Positions 55,332 to 64,000 of a stretch of 64,000 nt of DNA are shown in pieces. Source of the stretch: an uncultured Candidatus Saccharibacteria bacterium (GTDB taxonomy: Bacteria > Patescibacteriota > Andersenbacteria > UBA10190). Below the pieces are notes generated by a model that was not told the origin of the DNA, made no database searches, and saw only the letters and a list, made by a program, of their open reading frames with translations. The translations under genes and the position numbers were made by a program. The stretch lies in assembly GCA_964359735.1 (NCBI GenBank), contig CAYHTZ010000001.1, forward strand, positions 1,457 to 65,456. The letters run 5' to 3'. Numbering within the stretch: the stretch's first letter is position 1; each line of letters begins with the position of its first letter.

Positions 55332-56456
55332 TCAAGGGTAGGCAACTCGTGCCAAAACGCCTAGGGTCTCGCGCGCCGCCCTCTCCCACGAAAATCGAGC
55401 CCGGATAGTCTCCTGAACAAATCCTGGGACAAGGGGGAGTTCTCCCAGAAGCTCGCGCAGCACCAGCGCTAACTCCCCCACGTCGTACGGATCCACCAGC
55501 GTGGCCCACTCGCCTACCACCTCAGGCAGCGCCGAGTTAAACGATGTCACCACCGGCGTGCCGGCCAGTAGCGCCTCGAGCGGGGGAAAGCCGAACCCTT
55601 CATATAAGCTGGGGTAAACAAACAAATCGGCCGCGGTATAGAGAGCTGCCTTTTCCTCCTCAGGGATAAAACCAAGCACATGAATGCGATCGCGGGCCCG
55701 GGAAGCGCGCATCGCTTTGTCAATTTCACCCGTTGACCACCCAGCCGCACCCGCGATCACAAGATCCTGCGCCACGTGATCAGCAATCGCCGAATAGGCG
55801 CAGATTAAGCTATCAACATTCTTACGCGGCTCTAATGTACCCAAGTAAAGAACGAAGTGTGCAGGAAGCCCAGCGACAGGCCTACCCGCCGAAGCCTTGG
55901 CGAAGGCGGGACCCGTCGTGAGTCCCAACGAGACCCCTGAATATACCACCTGAACCTTTTCCTCTGGCACCCCGTACACATTCACTAAATCTTGTTTGGT
56001 GTGTTCGGACACCGCTATCACCGCCTGCGAGCGTTGCGCCAGCTGACGCGGCTTCATCACCGCGTGCCAAACCCGCTGCTTAAAATTAAATAACTCAGGA
56101 AAATGCTCATACGACAAGTCATGGAAAACCGACACCAGGGGGAGGCCGGCCGAAAGCGGAACGAGCCCCAGACTCGGCATAAATACGCAATCAACAGCGG
56201 GGAGCCAGCGGTCCCATTTGGGCGCGTCCAGGAAACGCTGGGCCAGTTTGAATACTTTATTCGGGTAGCGAAACTCGTGCACGGCTACGCCGCTGCCAAA
56301 ATCCGGCAGCGTAACCTTGCGCGCCGAATTGTAAAACAAGTGGTACTCATTCTGCGGCGCGACGGCCGCCAAGGCTCGCACCATCTCAGCCGTGTACCGC
56401 TCTATGCCGCTAACACCCCCCTCCATCAGCGAGCGAACGTCAATGGCAATTTTCAT
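55332..56456 (-). CDS. GT4 glycosyltransferase (MtfB-like)
   Basis: HDLSY, GTLEPRKN, EGFGFPPLEA. Confidence 0.92.
   Translation of the reverse strand: MKIAIDVRSLMEGGVSGIERYTAEMVRALAAVAPQNEYHLFYNSARKVTLPDFGSGVAVHEFRYPNKVFKLAQRFLDAPKWDRWLPAVDCVFMPSLGLVPLSAGLPLVSVFHDLSYEHFPELFNFKQRVWHAVMKPRQLAQRSQAVIAVSEHTKQDLVNVYGVPEEKVQVVYSGVSLGLTTGPAFAKASAGRPVAGLPAHFVLYLGTLEPRKNVDSLICAYSAIADHVAQDLVIAGAAGWSTGEIDKAMRASRARDRIHVLGFIPEEEKAALYTAADLFVYPSLYEGFGFPPLEALLAGTPVVTSFNSALPEVVGEWATLVDPYDVGELALVLRELLGELPLVPGFVQETIRARFSWERAARETLGVLARVAYP
55879..55913 (-). repeat. Family A element (GPAFAKASAGRP)
   Basis: GGTCCCGCCTTCGCCAAGGCTTCGGCGGGTAGGCC. Confidence 0.88.
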
Positions 56457-56529
56457 GGAAGTTGGAATTTAGGATTTGGAATTTAGAAAAAATCCAGATT
56501 CCATATTCTATATTCCGGATTCTCTATTC
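56457..56529. repeat. Inverted pair of heptamer arrays filling an intergenic spacer
   Basis: GGAAGTT GGAATTT AGGATTT GGAATTT ... AAATCCA GATTCCA TATTCTA TATTCCG GATTCTC. Confidence 0.8.
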
Positions 56530-57143
56530 TTCAGGCTCTCAACCAACAAAACCCCATTCAAAGTAACTAAGAAAGTAAATAGAAAAGCAGCGGTCACCAC
56601 CAGCAGAACTGACAGCCGGACGACCCCGCTCCACGCCTCGGTGGATACCACGGCGAATGAGACCGCCGGCACCCCTTCATTATGGTAGCGGGCCACGTTG
56701 TGTTCCATCACGCGGCGGACTCCCTCGGCCAGAACAGCGGCTTCCTCGCGTGTTGCCCCCCGCACGGTGACCGTCACCAATTGCGGGGCCACTTTCTCTG
56801 CTTTGACAATTCTCGCCAACGCCCGAGGGTCATCGCTGGGTAATTCCAAATTCGCTTCTTGGTGCGCAGCCACAACTACTTCAGGAATGGCTACCCAGCG
56901 GGCAAGCGTGGCGGCGAAGAGGTCGGTGGCTTGAAGCGCGTAGTAACCGTCAAAACGAAAATCTTGGCTCGGGTCTCTGGCACTCAGCGATATCAAATAG
57001 GAAAAGTGGACTTCGTGGCTAGGTTTAACCTGCTTTGCTGCGAACAGCGCGGCCACGGCCACGGTCACACTGATGAGGATAATCATGGGGAGGCGTTCTC
57101 TCACCACTCCCCAGTAATGTTCCAGGCTAGATTTCATATTCAA
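56508..57143 (-). CDS. Wzz/CpsC-like chain-length regulator family membrane protein
   Basis: N- and C-terminal TM helices around a soluble domain (DGYYALQA); sits in a glycan operon. Confidence 0.65.
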   Translation of the reverse strand: MNMKSSLEHYWGVVRERLPMIILISVTVAVAALFAAKQVKPSHEVHFSYLISLSARDPSQDFRFDGYYALQATDLFAATLARWVAIPEVVVAAHQEANLELPSDDPRALARIVKAEKVAPQLVTVTVRGATREEAAVLAEGVRRVMEHNVARYHNEGVPAVSFAVVSTEAWSGVVRLSVLLVVTAAFLFTFLVTLNGVLLVESLKNRESGI

Positions 57144-58267
57144 GGCTCTGTATTCTGCCTAAAGGCTAACCACTCAGTATGCACGAATTCGGTAATTTTA
57201 TCCATAAACACCTGCGGGCGATACCGCTCGGCGTGAGCGCGGATTACGCCCCGCTCCCACCGCCGCTGCTCCGACGCAGTTATCGCCTGCGAGAGAGCCT
57301 GAGGTGACTGCTCATAAAAAAGCATCCCCGTCACATTCGGGATAATAGTCTCGAGCGCGCCGCCGGCCCCATACGCAATGGTAGGTTTGCCGCTGGCCGC
57401 CGCTTCCAAGGGAGTAATGCCGAAATCTTCCTCCTGAGGAAAAAGGAGTGCCTTCGCTCCGGCGTATAAGGCAGGCAACTGGGCATCTGGCACAAACCCC
57501 AGGAATTCGGTCCGCGAAGTGGACCGCCCGCCGTATTGGCGGGCCAGCGTTTTCAAGACTTCTGCCTCCGGACCCGTACCCGCCACCTTCAGACGCCGGC
57601 CTAATCTCTCACAAGCCTCAATCGCAATTTCAATCCGCTTATACGGCACCAGCCGGGAGACCACCAAGTAGTATCCCTCATCATGCTCACTCACCGTAAA
57701 CCGATCCACTTCAACAGGAGGAGCAATCACCGTGGCTGCGCGGTGGTAATACTTCTTGATCCGCTGCGCGACATAACGCGACAACGTTAGGTACGAATCC
57801 ACGCGCGCAGATGCGTAGTAATCCCAAATACGGATGTAGGAGAGACCCAATGGAGCCAAACGCTGGAAAAAACGGCTGCGGGAAAACTCCCGCACATAGC
57901 GGTGGCTATCATCCCACACGTACCGCGTAGGGGTAAAGCAGTACGATATGTGCAGCGTCTGGGGGCTGGTTACCACCCCTTTCCCAAAACTATGGCTGGC
58001 TGAAAGCACCACGTCGTAGTCGGAAAGATCAAATTGTTCTACCGCCAACGGCATGAGCAAGGGGAAGTACCGGTGGTGCCGGCGCGCGCCGGGAATACGC
58101 TGTAAAAACGAGGTCTTGAGCCTCGGACCAGAAAACTCCGGCAACTGCTGCGGGTCATGGGCCAAGGTAAATACCGGCGCATATGGAAAGGCGCGCATTA
58201 AATTCAACAGCACCCGCTCCGCCCCACCCAGCTGGGTCAAATAGTCATGTACCAGCGCCACCCGCAT
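57140..58267 (-). CDS. GT4 glycosyltransferase (WbaZ-like)
   Basis: HDYLTQLGGAERVL, SRLVPYKR, EEDFGITPLEA. Confidence 0.92.
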   Translation of the reverse strand: MRVALVHDYLTQLGGAERVLLNLMRAFPYAPVFTLAHDPQQLPEFSGPRLKTSFLQRIPGARRHHRYFPLLMPLAVEQFDLSDYDVVLSASHSFGKGVVTSPQTLHISYCFTPTRYVWDDSHRYVREFSRSRFFQRLAPLGLSYIRIWDYYASARVDSYLTLSRYVAQRIKKYYHRAATVIAPPVEVDRFTVSEHDEGYYLVVSRLVPYKRIEIAIEACERLGRRLKVAGTGPEAEVLKTLARQYGGRSTSRTEFLGFVPDAQLPALYAGAKALLFPQEEDFGITPLEAAASGKPTIAYGAGGALETIIPNVTGMLFYEQSPQALSQAITASEQRRWERGVIRAHAERYRPQVFMDKITEFVHTEWLAFRQNTEP

Positions 58268-58289
58268 ATTCCCCCTGCATGGAATAAGC

Positions 58290-59711
58290 CTACACCGCGT
58301 TGGGGTCTGTGAACAGAATCTTGAAGGTCTTCAGCAGTAAAATCACGTCTAGGCGCAGGGACCATTGTTCGATGTAGGCGATATCCAGCTTCGCTTCCTC
58401 ATCGAACGGCAAGCTGGACGATCCCGCCACTTGCGCCATGCCCGACATACCCGGCTTAATCGTAAACAATTTACGCTGGAACTTATCATACCGGGCTACT
58501 TCCTTGGCTAAGTGGGGGCGGGGTCCCAAAAGACTCATCTCGCCTCGTAAAACATTGATAAGCTGCGGCAACTCGTCGATGCGCCACCTGCGCAAAAATC
58601 GGCCCACACGGGTAATTCGAGGATCCTGCTTCATCTTAAAAAGCGGCCCCCGCCGCTCATTCACTGCCTGGCGTAACCTCTCGTCGAAGGCGGCGGCCTT
58701 GACGCCTCCATATGCCTCGCCCACGCAGTACTCCGCGTGCATGCTGCGGAATTTATACATTTCAAACGGGCGCATATTGCGCCCGACTCTCACCTGTTTG
58801 TAGAAAATCGGACCGGGAGTATCGAGCCTAATCCAAAGCGTCACCAACGCCAAAAACGGGCTCAGCAGAGTGAGCCCAAACACGGCTCCCACAATATCCA
58901 TGGTGCGCTTTGCGATTCTGCCCCACCCATCGAGCGGCGTACGCAGGAGCTCCATGATAGGCACGGATCCCAACTGGCGAAACCGCATGTGCGCGGCATG
59001 GGTTTCGAAGAGATTCGGAATATATTTATAATCAATTTTGTATTGCTCGCAAAAATCAAGCAGCAGCAAGTTATCTTCCTCCGGCAAGGTTGGATCAGTT
59101 TGAATAACTTCATCAACGCCTTGCTCGCGCAATACGGCCTCGAGTATATCCCAACGCACAATGGGGAGGTTCGCCACGACCCAATAGCCCAGCTCCCGTC
59201 GCGCGCCAAACACGCGCGAGAGCTTTTCGGCGAGGCGCCCATTGCCTGCCAAGAGCACGCGGTGCACGCCATACCCTCGGGAAAGGAGCCAACGCTGTAT
59301 TCGGCGTACGCCAAACCGTCCCGCGAGCACAAAAGCCACGGCAAAGGAGTACGCCGCTAATAAGATAAAACGCGAATGGAAAACTTCAGCGCGCAAGAAC
59401 ATGGCTACAATCACCAGCATCACGCCCAACGTGATGCCTGAGAAAATACTCGTTGTTTCATCCAACGCTCGCCGGGTGGCCTGCATCGAGTACAACCCCT
59501 GAATGGAAAAAATCGCCACAATGACCGCGGCGACTATGGCCACGAGTTGCATAAACTCGGCGAAGGGCAGATCAACTTGGAAGACAGCCGGCCGCAGCCG
59601 CTGCACGAGCGGACTCACGCGCAAGTAGTAAGCCGCCGCCCCCGCGAGAAGCAAAGCCACAAAATCTATAGGCAGAACTATGGCTCCAAAAAAGAGCTCT
59701 GACTTTTTCAT
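58290..59711 (-). CDS. Polyprenyl glycosylphosphotransferase (priming sugar transferase, WcaJ/WbaP family)
   Basis: KRTMDI, YKFRSM, DPRITRVG, DELPQL, GPRP, KPGMSG. Confidence 0.93.
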   Translation of the reverse strand: MKKSELFFGAIVLPIDFVALLLAGAAAYYLRVSPLVQRLRPAVFQVDLPFAEFMQLVAIVAAVIVAIFSIQGLYSMQATRRALDETTSIFSGITLGVMLVIVAMFLRAEVFHSRFILLAAYSFAVAFVLAGRFGVRRIQRWLLSRGYGVHRVLLAGNGRLAEKLSRVFGARRELGYWVVANLPIVRWDILEAVLREQGVDEVIQTDPTLPEEDNLLLLDFCEQYKIDYKYIPNLFETHAAHMRFRQLGSVPIMELLRTPLDGWGRIAKRTMDIVGAVFGLTLLSPFLALVTLWIRLDTPGPIFYKQVRVGRNMRPFEMYKFRSMHAEYCVGEAYGGVKAAAFDERLRQAVNERRGPLFKMKQDPRITRVGRFLRRWRIDELPQLINVLRGEMSLLGPRPHLAKEVARYDKFQRKLFTIKPGMSGMAQVAGSSSLPFDEEAKLDIAYIEQWSLRLDVILLLKTFKILFTDPNAV

Positions 59712-59733
59712 GGTTGGCTCTTACGAAACCCCT

Positions 59734-59761
59734 ACAATACCCCCGCCTGACGATTTGTCAA
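59734..59761 (-). promoter_or_regulatory. Possible sigma70 promoter for the sugar transferase operon
   Basis: TTGACA-N16-TATTGT on the minus strand. Confidence 0.4.
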
Positions 59762-59829
59762 CATTTCCCTGCATCCTTCCCTAGTATACGTTCCCTTGAC
59801 AAAAAATCTAAAGCCAGCAGAGTAAAGGC

Positions 59830-60293
59830 GAGGTAGGTGGATGGTCGCTCCTCGCGAGTCGAGGGGAGGAAAGTCCGGACACCTGTGTTCCTTTGAACAT
59901 ATCGTGGTGGCAGGTAACGCCTGCCGGGCGCAAGCCCAGGGAAAGTGCAACAGAAACATACCGCCCTTCGACAAAACCTCAGGGTAAACTGAGCAAGTTT
60001 ACTCTGAGCGAGGCGAAAGCCGAGTCGAAGAGCAATGGTGAAATCGTGAGGTAAGAGCTCACGCATTACGGCAGTAATGCCGCGATGGTGCAAACCCCAC
60101 CTGGTGCAACTTCAAGCAGCCCCGCACCCTTGTGAAATGACAAGGGTGCGGGGCGGGTAGAAGGCAAACTGTTCTGTAGCTCGTCATGACGCTAGAGAAC
60201 GACGAAGCCTGCCGCGAGGCAGGCTCCAGAGAGATGATCATTCATGACCCCGCCTCGGCGGGGCAAGACAGAATCCGGCTTATAGCCTACCTC
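59830..60293 (+). ncRNA. rnpB: Bacterial RNase P RNA
   Basis: P1 GAGGTAGG/CCTACCTC, GAGGAAAGTCCGG, GAAAGTGCAACAGAAA, ACAGAATCCGGCTTA. Confidence 0.96.
59964..60032. repeat. Head-to-head pair of family B elements within the RNase P P12 region
   Basis: CCCTTCGACAAAACCTCAGGG-TAAAC...GTTTA-CTCTGAGC...GTCGAAGAG. Confidence 0.75.
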
Positions 60294-60319
60294 AGACCCC
60301 GTGGTCGCTTTCCAGAGCG

Positions 60320-60736
60320 CTACGGGGTTTTCTTTTTCGCGAGCTCAGCATCAATAGCCTGATTCACGAGAGCGTCCGCTTCGGCATTCTGCTGGCGGGG
60401 CACATGTTCAAAGACAACTTGGAAGAATCCGGAAGCAATACTTTTTACCTCATCGAATAAGGGCTTTAAATCCGGGTCTTTAACTCGGTACTCGCCGCTG
60501 AGCTGCTTCACAGCCAACTCGCTGTCGAGCCGACACAGCAGCTGACTCACCCCTTCCGCCCGGGCGCGCGCCATCCCTGCGCGCAGCGCCTTGTATTCCG
60601 CTTGGTTGTTGGTAGCTTCCCCAATGTACGTTCCCTTGCTAACCTCCCTGCCATCTTCAAAAGACAGTATGTAGCCAATGCCTCCGGGGCCCGGATTCCC
60701 GCGCGCGCCCCCGTCAGTGTACAGCGTGGCCTGCAT
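60320..60736 (-). CDS. rnhA: Ribonuclease HI family protein
   Basis: YTDGGARGNPGP, TNNQAEY, DSEL, NAEAD. Confidence 0.9.
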   Translation of the reverse strand: MQATLYTDGGARGNPGPGGIGYILSFEDGREVSKGTYIGEATNNQAEYKALRAGMARARAEGVSQLLCRLDSELAVKQLSGEYRVKDPDLKPLFDEVKSIASGFFQVVFEHVPRQQNAEADALVNQAIDAELAKKKTP

Positions 60737-62417
60737 CCCCTACTTGTACACGAACGCGGCCTGCCGGCGCAATCTCACGCAGTTTCAACGAGAGCTGCCG
60801 GCGCCCCCCAAATTCATTCGTCTCCACCGTGAAGAGAGCATCAATGCGCCTGCCCACCTCTTTGCGCGCCTGGGCTAATCCAAAGCCGATGGCATCAACC
60901 GCCTCGCTCCCCGCTGCCAACTTCAGCTTCAAGTGGTCTTTGCTCTTGCCCACTACGCGCGCATCGAGAACAGGCAGTCCCCGCGCCACGAAGACCGGCT
61001 CCTGGTTGCCCTCGCCAAAGGGTGCGAAAGACTCTATGAGCTCAAGTAAATCCCACGAGAGGAGGGAATGATCTACCCAGGCGTCAGCCACCACTGCTGC
61101 GGGCGCTCGCGCCGAGAGCCCTCCATACGCCTTCCGCAAAGCCTGGTGAAAACGAGGGATGCTGGCAGGCGTGAGCGAAAATCCAGCCGCGCGCGTGTGC
61201 CCTCCCAACCGAAGCAGATGTGTCCGCCCCAGTTCCAGAATTTGTAATACATTCGCTCCGCTGCCAGCGCGCGCCGATCCAACCGCCCCGTCTCCCGCTC
61301 CTCCCACCACAATCGCCGGCTTGGCAAACTCTTCCGCGAGCTTTGCTGCGGCTAACCCCAATACTCCCGCCGGCCAGTCTGTGCTCGCCACAAAGACAAA
61401 AGGGGAGGCAGGATCAACCTGCCCCCTCGCCTCTGCCATAACACGCCGCGTAACTATTTGCCTTTCGCTATTATATGCATTAAGGCGCAAAACCAAGTCC
61501 CGAGCTTGCTGCGCACTCTGGGTAAGGAGCAGATCGAGCGCGGGCTGAGGGTGGTCCATCCTCCCTGCCGCATTGAGCCGAGGGAGCAAGCGGAAGGCCG
61601 CGTCTTGAGCTGTCACTGCCTTGCCCTGGGCAAGGCGGCATTCGGATAAGAGACATGACAACCCCACCCGGCTGCGACGGCCAAGCATAGAGAGTCCAAA
61701 CCGCGCAATGGCTCGATTTTCTCCCAGCATCGGCACCACATCCGCAATTGTTCCGAGCGCTGCCAAGTCCAGTAACGCATGCTCGTCGTGAGCTTCCCCG
61801 ACCCGCCGCGCCCGCGCGTCCCGAAGTAAGCCTTGCGCTAGTTTGAAGGCCACGCCGGCGCCGGACAGATAAGGAAAAGGGTAGCTGGGAAGACGCGGGT
61901 GTAATATGGCAAAGGCCGACGGCAAGTGCGCGGGAAGTTCATGGTGGTCAACAATTATGACGTCCTTCCCGCGGCTCGCCAGGTAAGCAATCTCCTCTGC
62001 ATTGCTAATGCCGCAGTCAGCCGAAATAAGGAGATCAAACTCAGGCAGTAGGCGTTCCAACGCTCGGCGGTTAAGCCCGTAGCCATCCTCCAGACGGTGA
62101 GGGAGATACGGTATCACTTGAATACCAAGTTTCCTAAGCACTGTCACCAAGAGCGCCGTCGCAGTGACGCCATCCGCATCGTAGTCTCCGTAGACCAGCA
62201 CGCGCTCGCCTGCCTCCCGCGCGGCAAATAGGCGGTCGACCGCCCGGCGCATACCCCGCATCAGCAGGGGAGCGTGAATCGTACTGTCGTACTCAGGTAA
62301 AAAAAATCCCGCGGCCTCCTCCGGGTCAATGCCCCGCAATCCCAGGAGCACCTCCCGCAGGCGTTCCAGGGTGGCAACAACTTCGGTTCCTGCTCCTACC
62401 TTCCAGGAAAGCGCCAT
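60714..62417 (-). CDS. recJ: Single-stranded DNA exonuclease
   Basis: GDYDADG, DCG, DHH, GTIAD, PRLNAAGR, GGH, PFGEGN. Confidence 0.95.
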   Translation of the reverse strand: MALSWKVGAGTEVVATLERLREVLLGLRGIDPEEAAGFFLPEYDSTIHAPLLMRGMRRAVDRLFAAREAGERVLVYGDYDADGVTATALLVTVLRKLGIQVIPYLPHRLEDGYGLNRRALERLLPEFDLLISADCGISNAEEIAYLASRGKDVIIVDHHELPAHLPSAFAILHPRLPSYPFPYLSGAGVAFKLAQGLLRDARARRVGEAHDEHALLDLAALGTIADVVPMLGENRAIARFGLSMLGRRSRVGLSCLLSECRLAQGKAVTAQDAAFRLLPRLNAAGRMDHPQPALDLLLTQSAQQARDLVLRLNAYNSERQIVTRRVMAEARGQVDPASPFVFVASTDWPAGVLGLAAAKLAEEFAKPAIVVGGAGDGAVGSARAGSGANVLQILELGRTHLLRLGGHTRAAGFSLTPASIPRFHQALRKAYGGLSARAPAAVVADAWVDHSLLSWDLLELIESFAPFGEGNQEPVFVARGLPVLDARVVGKSKDHLKLKLAAGSEAVDAIGFGLAQARKEVGRRIDALFTVETNEFGGRRQLSLKLREIAPAGRVRVQVGDAGHAVH

Positions 62418-62418
62418 G

Positions 62419-62820
62419 TCACCGCGCCTTACGGCGTTCCACCCGAAAACGCGGTGCCGCCTGCCGCGTGAGTCGCCCGAGCAGCTCTACAATTGCCGAG
62501 TATTGATTAATGATTCCAGAAAGATCGCGCTGGACTTCGTCTTCTTGCTGCAACAGGTAGAGAAGCCGCAACCAGTAATCAGTCTCGATTGCCGAAAGAC
62601 GCGCCTCCTCTAACGCTTCCTTAAACCGCGCCGCCTCGTCAGCGGCGTTGGCGCGCACCAAGTGGCGGCCTACATTCATGGCTGATTTTACCATTTCCGT
62701 TTTACATACGTTCATGCCTGTGCCCTCGCCGGGGAGATCAGCCAGCGACACGACATCCTGGGTTACTTGGAATACCCGTTCCCATAACTCCCCCTGCTTT
62801 TGCTCCCAGCCCGGATTCAT
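62419..62820 (-). CDS. Four helix bundle protein (23S rRNA IVS-protein-like)
   Basis: KSAMNVG...ARLSAIETDYWLRLL. Confidence 0.75.
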   Translation of the reverse strand: MNPGWEQKQGELWERVFQVTQDVVSLADLPGEGTGMNVCKTEMVKSAMNVGRHLVRANAADEAARFKEALEEARLSAIETDYWLRLLYLLQQEDEVQRDLSGIINQYSAIVELLGRLTRQAAPRFRVERRKAR

Positions 62821-62827
62821 AGCACTG

Positions 62828-64000
62828 CTAAGTATACACTATCTCCCGTGAGCCCCTATACCGCTCGGAAAGGCGTGTGCGATACCCCTGCAGTGGCTGT
62901 GCCAGGGGGAGCTGCAAGCGTTCTTCTATTTCGAGTAAACGATTGTACTTTTCGGTTCTTTCGCTTCTCGCTGGAGCGCCGGCTTTGATTTGTCCCGCGC
63001 CGCACGCTACGGCAAGGTCGGCAATGAATGTATCTGCCGTTTCCCCCGAACGATGCGAAATTATTACATTCATGCCTGCTTTTTGGGCAAGGGCAATAGC
63101 CTGAAGCGTCTCCGAAAGCGTTCCAATCTGGTTGGGTTTCACCAGCACCGCCGTCGCAGCCTTCTCCCGTATGCCACGCTCAATCCGCGTAGGGTTTGTC
63201 ACAAAAAAGTCATCTCCGATTATCTGGCACACTGAACTGTGCTCTTTCGTAAACACACTCCAGTCCTGCCAGCCTTCTTCCTGGAACGGATCTTCGATCG
63301 AAATGATAGGGAACTGCGCTGTCCATTGCCGATATAGCTCTGAGAGCCCATCGGCCTCGACATCTCTGCGGTCTATCTGGTATTGATTTTTCTCAGCTTC
63401 AAAAAATTCTGAAGCGGCCACATCGATGCCCAGCACTACTTGGGAAGCGGGGTCGTACCCGGCTCTCTCGATTGCCCGTACCAAGAACGTGAAAGCCTCT
63501 GCCGATTCGTCGAGAGCTTTTGAGCCAAGGGCATCATATCCCCCTTCGTCTCCCAACCCCACGGCGACATTCGCCTCTTTCACTACTTCCCTGAGCGTAT
63601 GGTACACCTCCGCCCCCCAGCGCAACGCTTCACTAAAGGTCGCCGCTCCCACAGGGATGATTTGAAATTCCTGCACAGAAAGGGGGTTATTCGCGTGTTT
63701 ACCTCCGTTAATCACATTGATGAGCGGCACCGGCAAGCTTGGTTTTCCTCCCGGGAACAGCTGTTGCAGGTATAAGTAGAGCGGCAGTCCCTGGGATGCC
63801 GCCTCTGCCCGCGCACAGGCGAGGGAAACAGCTAGAATTGCATTGGCCCCCAGGCGCCGTTTACTGGGCGTGCCGTCCAGGTCAAGCATGGTGCGGTCAA
63901 TGTCCCTCTGCTTTCCCGCATCTTTACCCAAGAGCGCGGCATGAATTTCATTATTGACGTGGGCAACGGCTGTCAGTACTCCTTTCCCACGATACCGCTT
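62828..64000 (-). CDS. eno: Enolase, 5' end outside window
   Basis: LGANAIL, NGGKHA, GDEGG, SIEDP, KPNQIGT, SHRSGET, GQIKAG. Confidence 0.96.
   Translation of the reverse strand, partial: KRYRGKGVLTAVAHVNNEIHAALLGKDAGKQRDIDRTMLDLDGTPSKRRLGANAILAVSLACARAEAASQGLPLYLYLQQLFPGGKPSLPVPLINVINGGKHANNPLSVQEFQIIPVGAATFSEALRWGAEVYHTLREVVKEANVAVGLGDEGGYDALGSKALDESAEAFTFLVRAIERAGYDPASQVVLGIDVAASEFFEAEKNQYQIDRRDVEADGLSELYRQWTAQFPIISIEDPFQEEGWQDWSVFTKEHSSVCQIIGDDFFVTNPTRIERGIREKAATAVLVKPNQIGTLSETLQAIALAQKAGMNVIISHRSGETADTFIADLAVACGAGQIKAGAPARSERTEKYNRLLEIEERLQLPLAQPLQGYRTRLSERYRGSREIVYT

Noticed and set aside
18043-55913. Repeats as a CRISPR array
   Set aside because: Copies are dispersed, with no regular spacers and no cas genes.
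60207-60263. Small GC hairpins in rnpB as extra mobile repeats
   Set aside because: They are explained by the normal P18 (GNRA loop) and P19 helices.
62419-62820. Four helix bundle protein as an Avd-like DGR accessory gene
   Set aside because: No reverse transcriptase or TR/VR pair is visible, and this fold is common as a standalone gene.

Overview
Gene-dense bacterial window. The gene repertoire (DUF4012, YerC/TrpR-like paralogues, CPR-style pilin, many GT-C enzymes) suggests Patescibacteria/CPR; this is an inference. Positions 1-45.7 kb hold a large surface-glycan locus: 12 GT-C-fold membrane glycosyltransferases, GT2 and GT4 enzymes, five methyltransferases, rmlA/C/D, an ADP-heptose pathway (gmhA, hldA-like, hldC-like, gmhD), split transketolase and transaldolase. 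The right end carries lepA, murJ, DUF4012, GT4s, a priming sugar transferase, rnpB, RNase HI, recJ and a partial eno. Three things stand out. (1) More than 20 short structured palindromic or heptamer elements from several families sit in-frame in protein genes, including LepA, RmlD and GmhD, and one family is also in RNase P RNA. They show compensatory base changes and repeatedly hit the same protein loops. (2) Two TrpR-like genes are each bracketed by a paralogue-specific palindrome upstream and just after the stop codon. (3) TANNNT motifs lie 6-7 nt before many start codons, suggesting widespread leaderless transcription. All calls were made by eye; no database searches were run.
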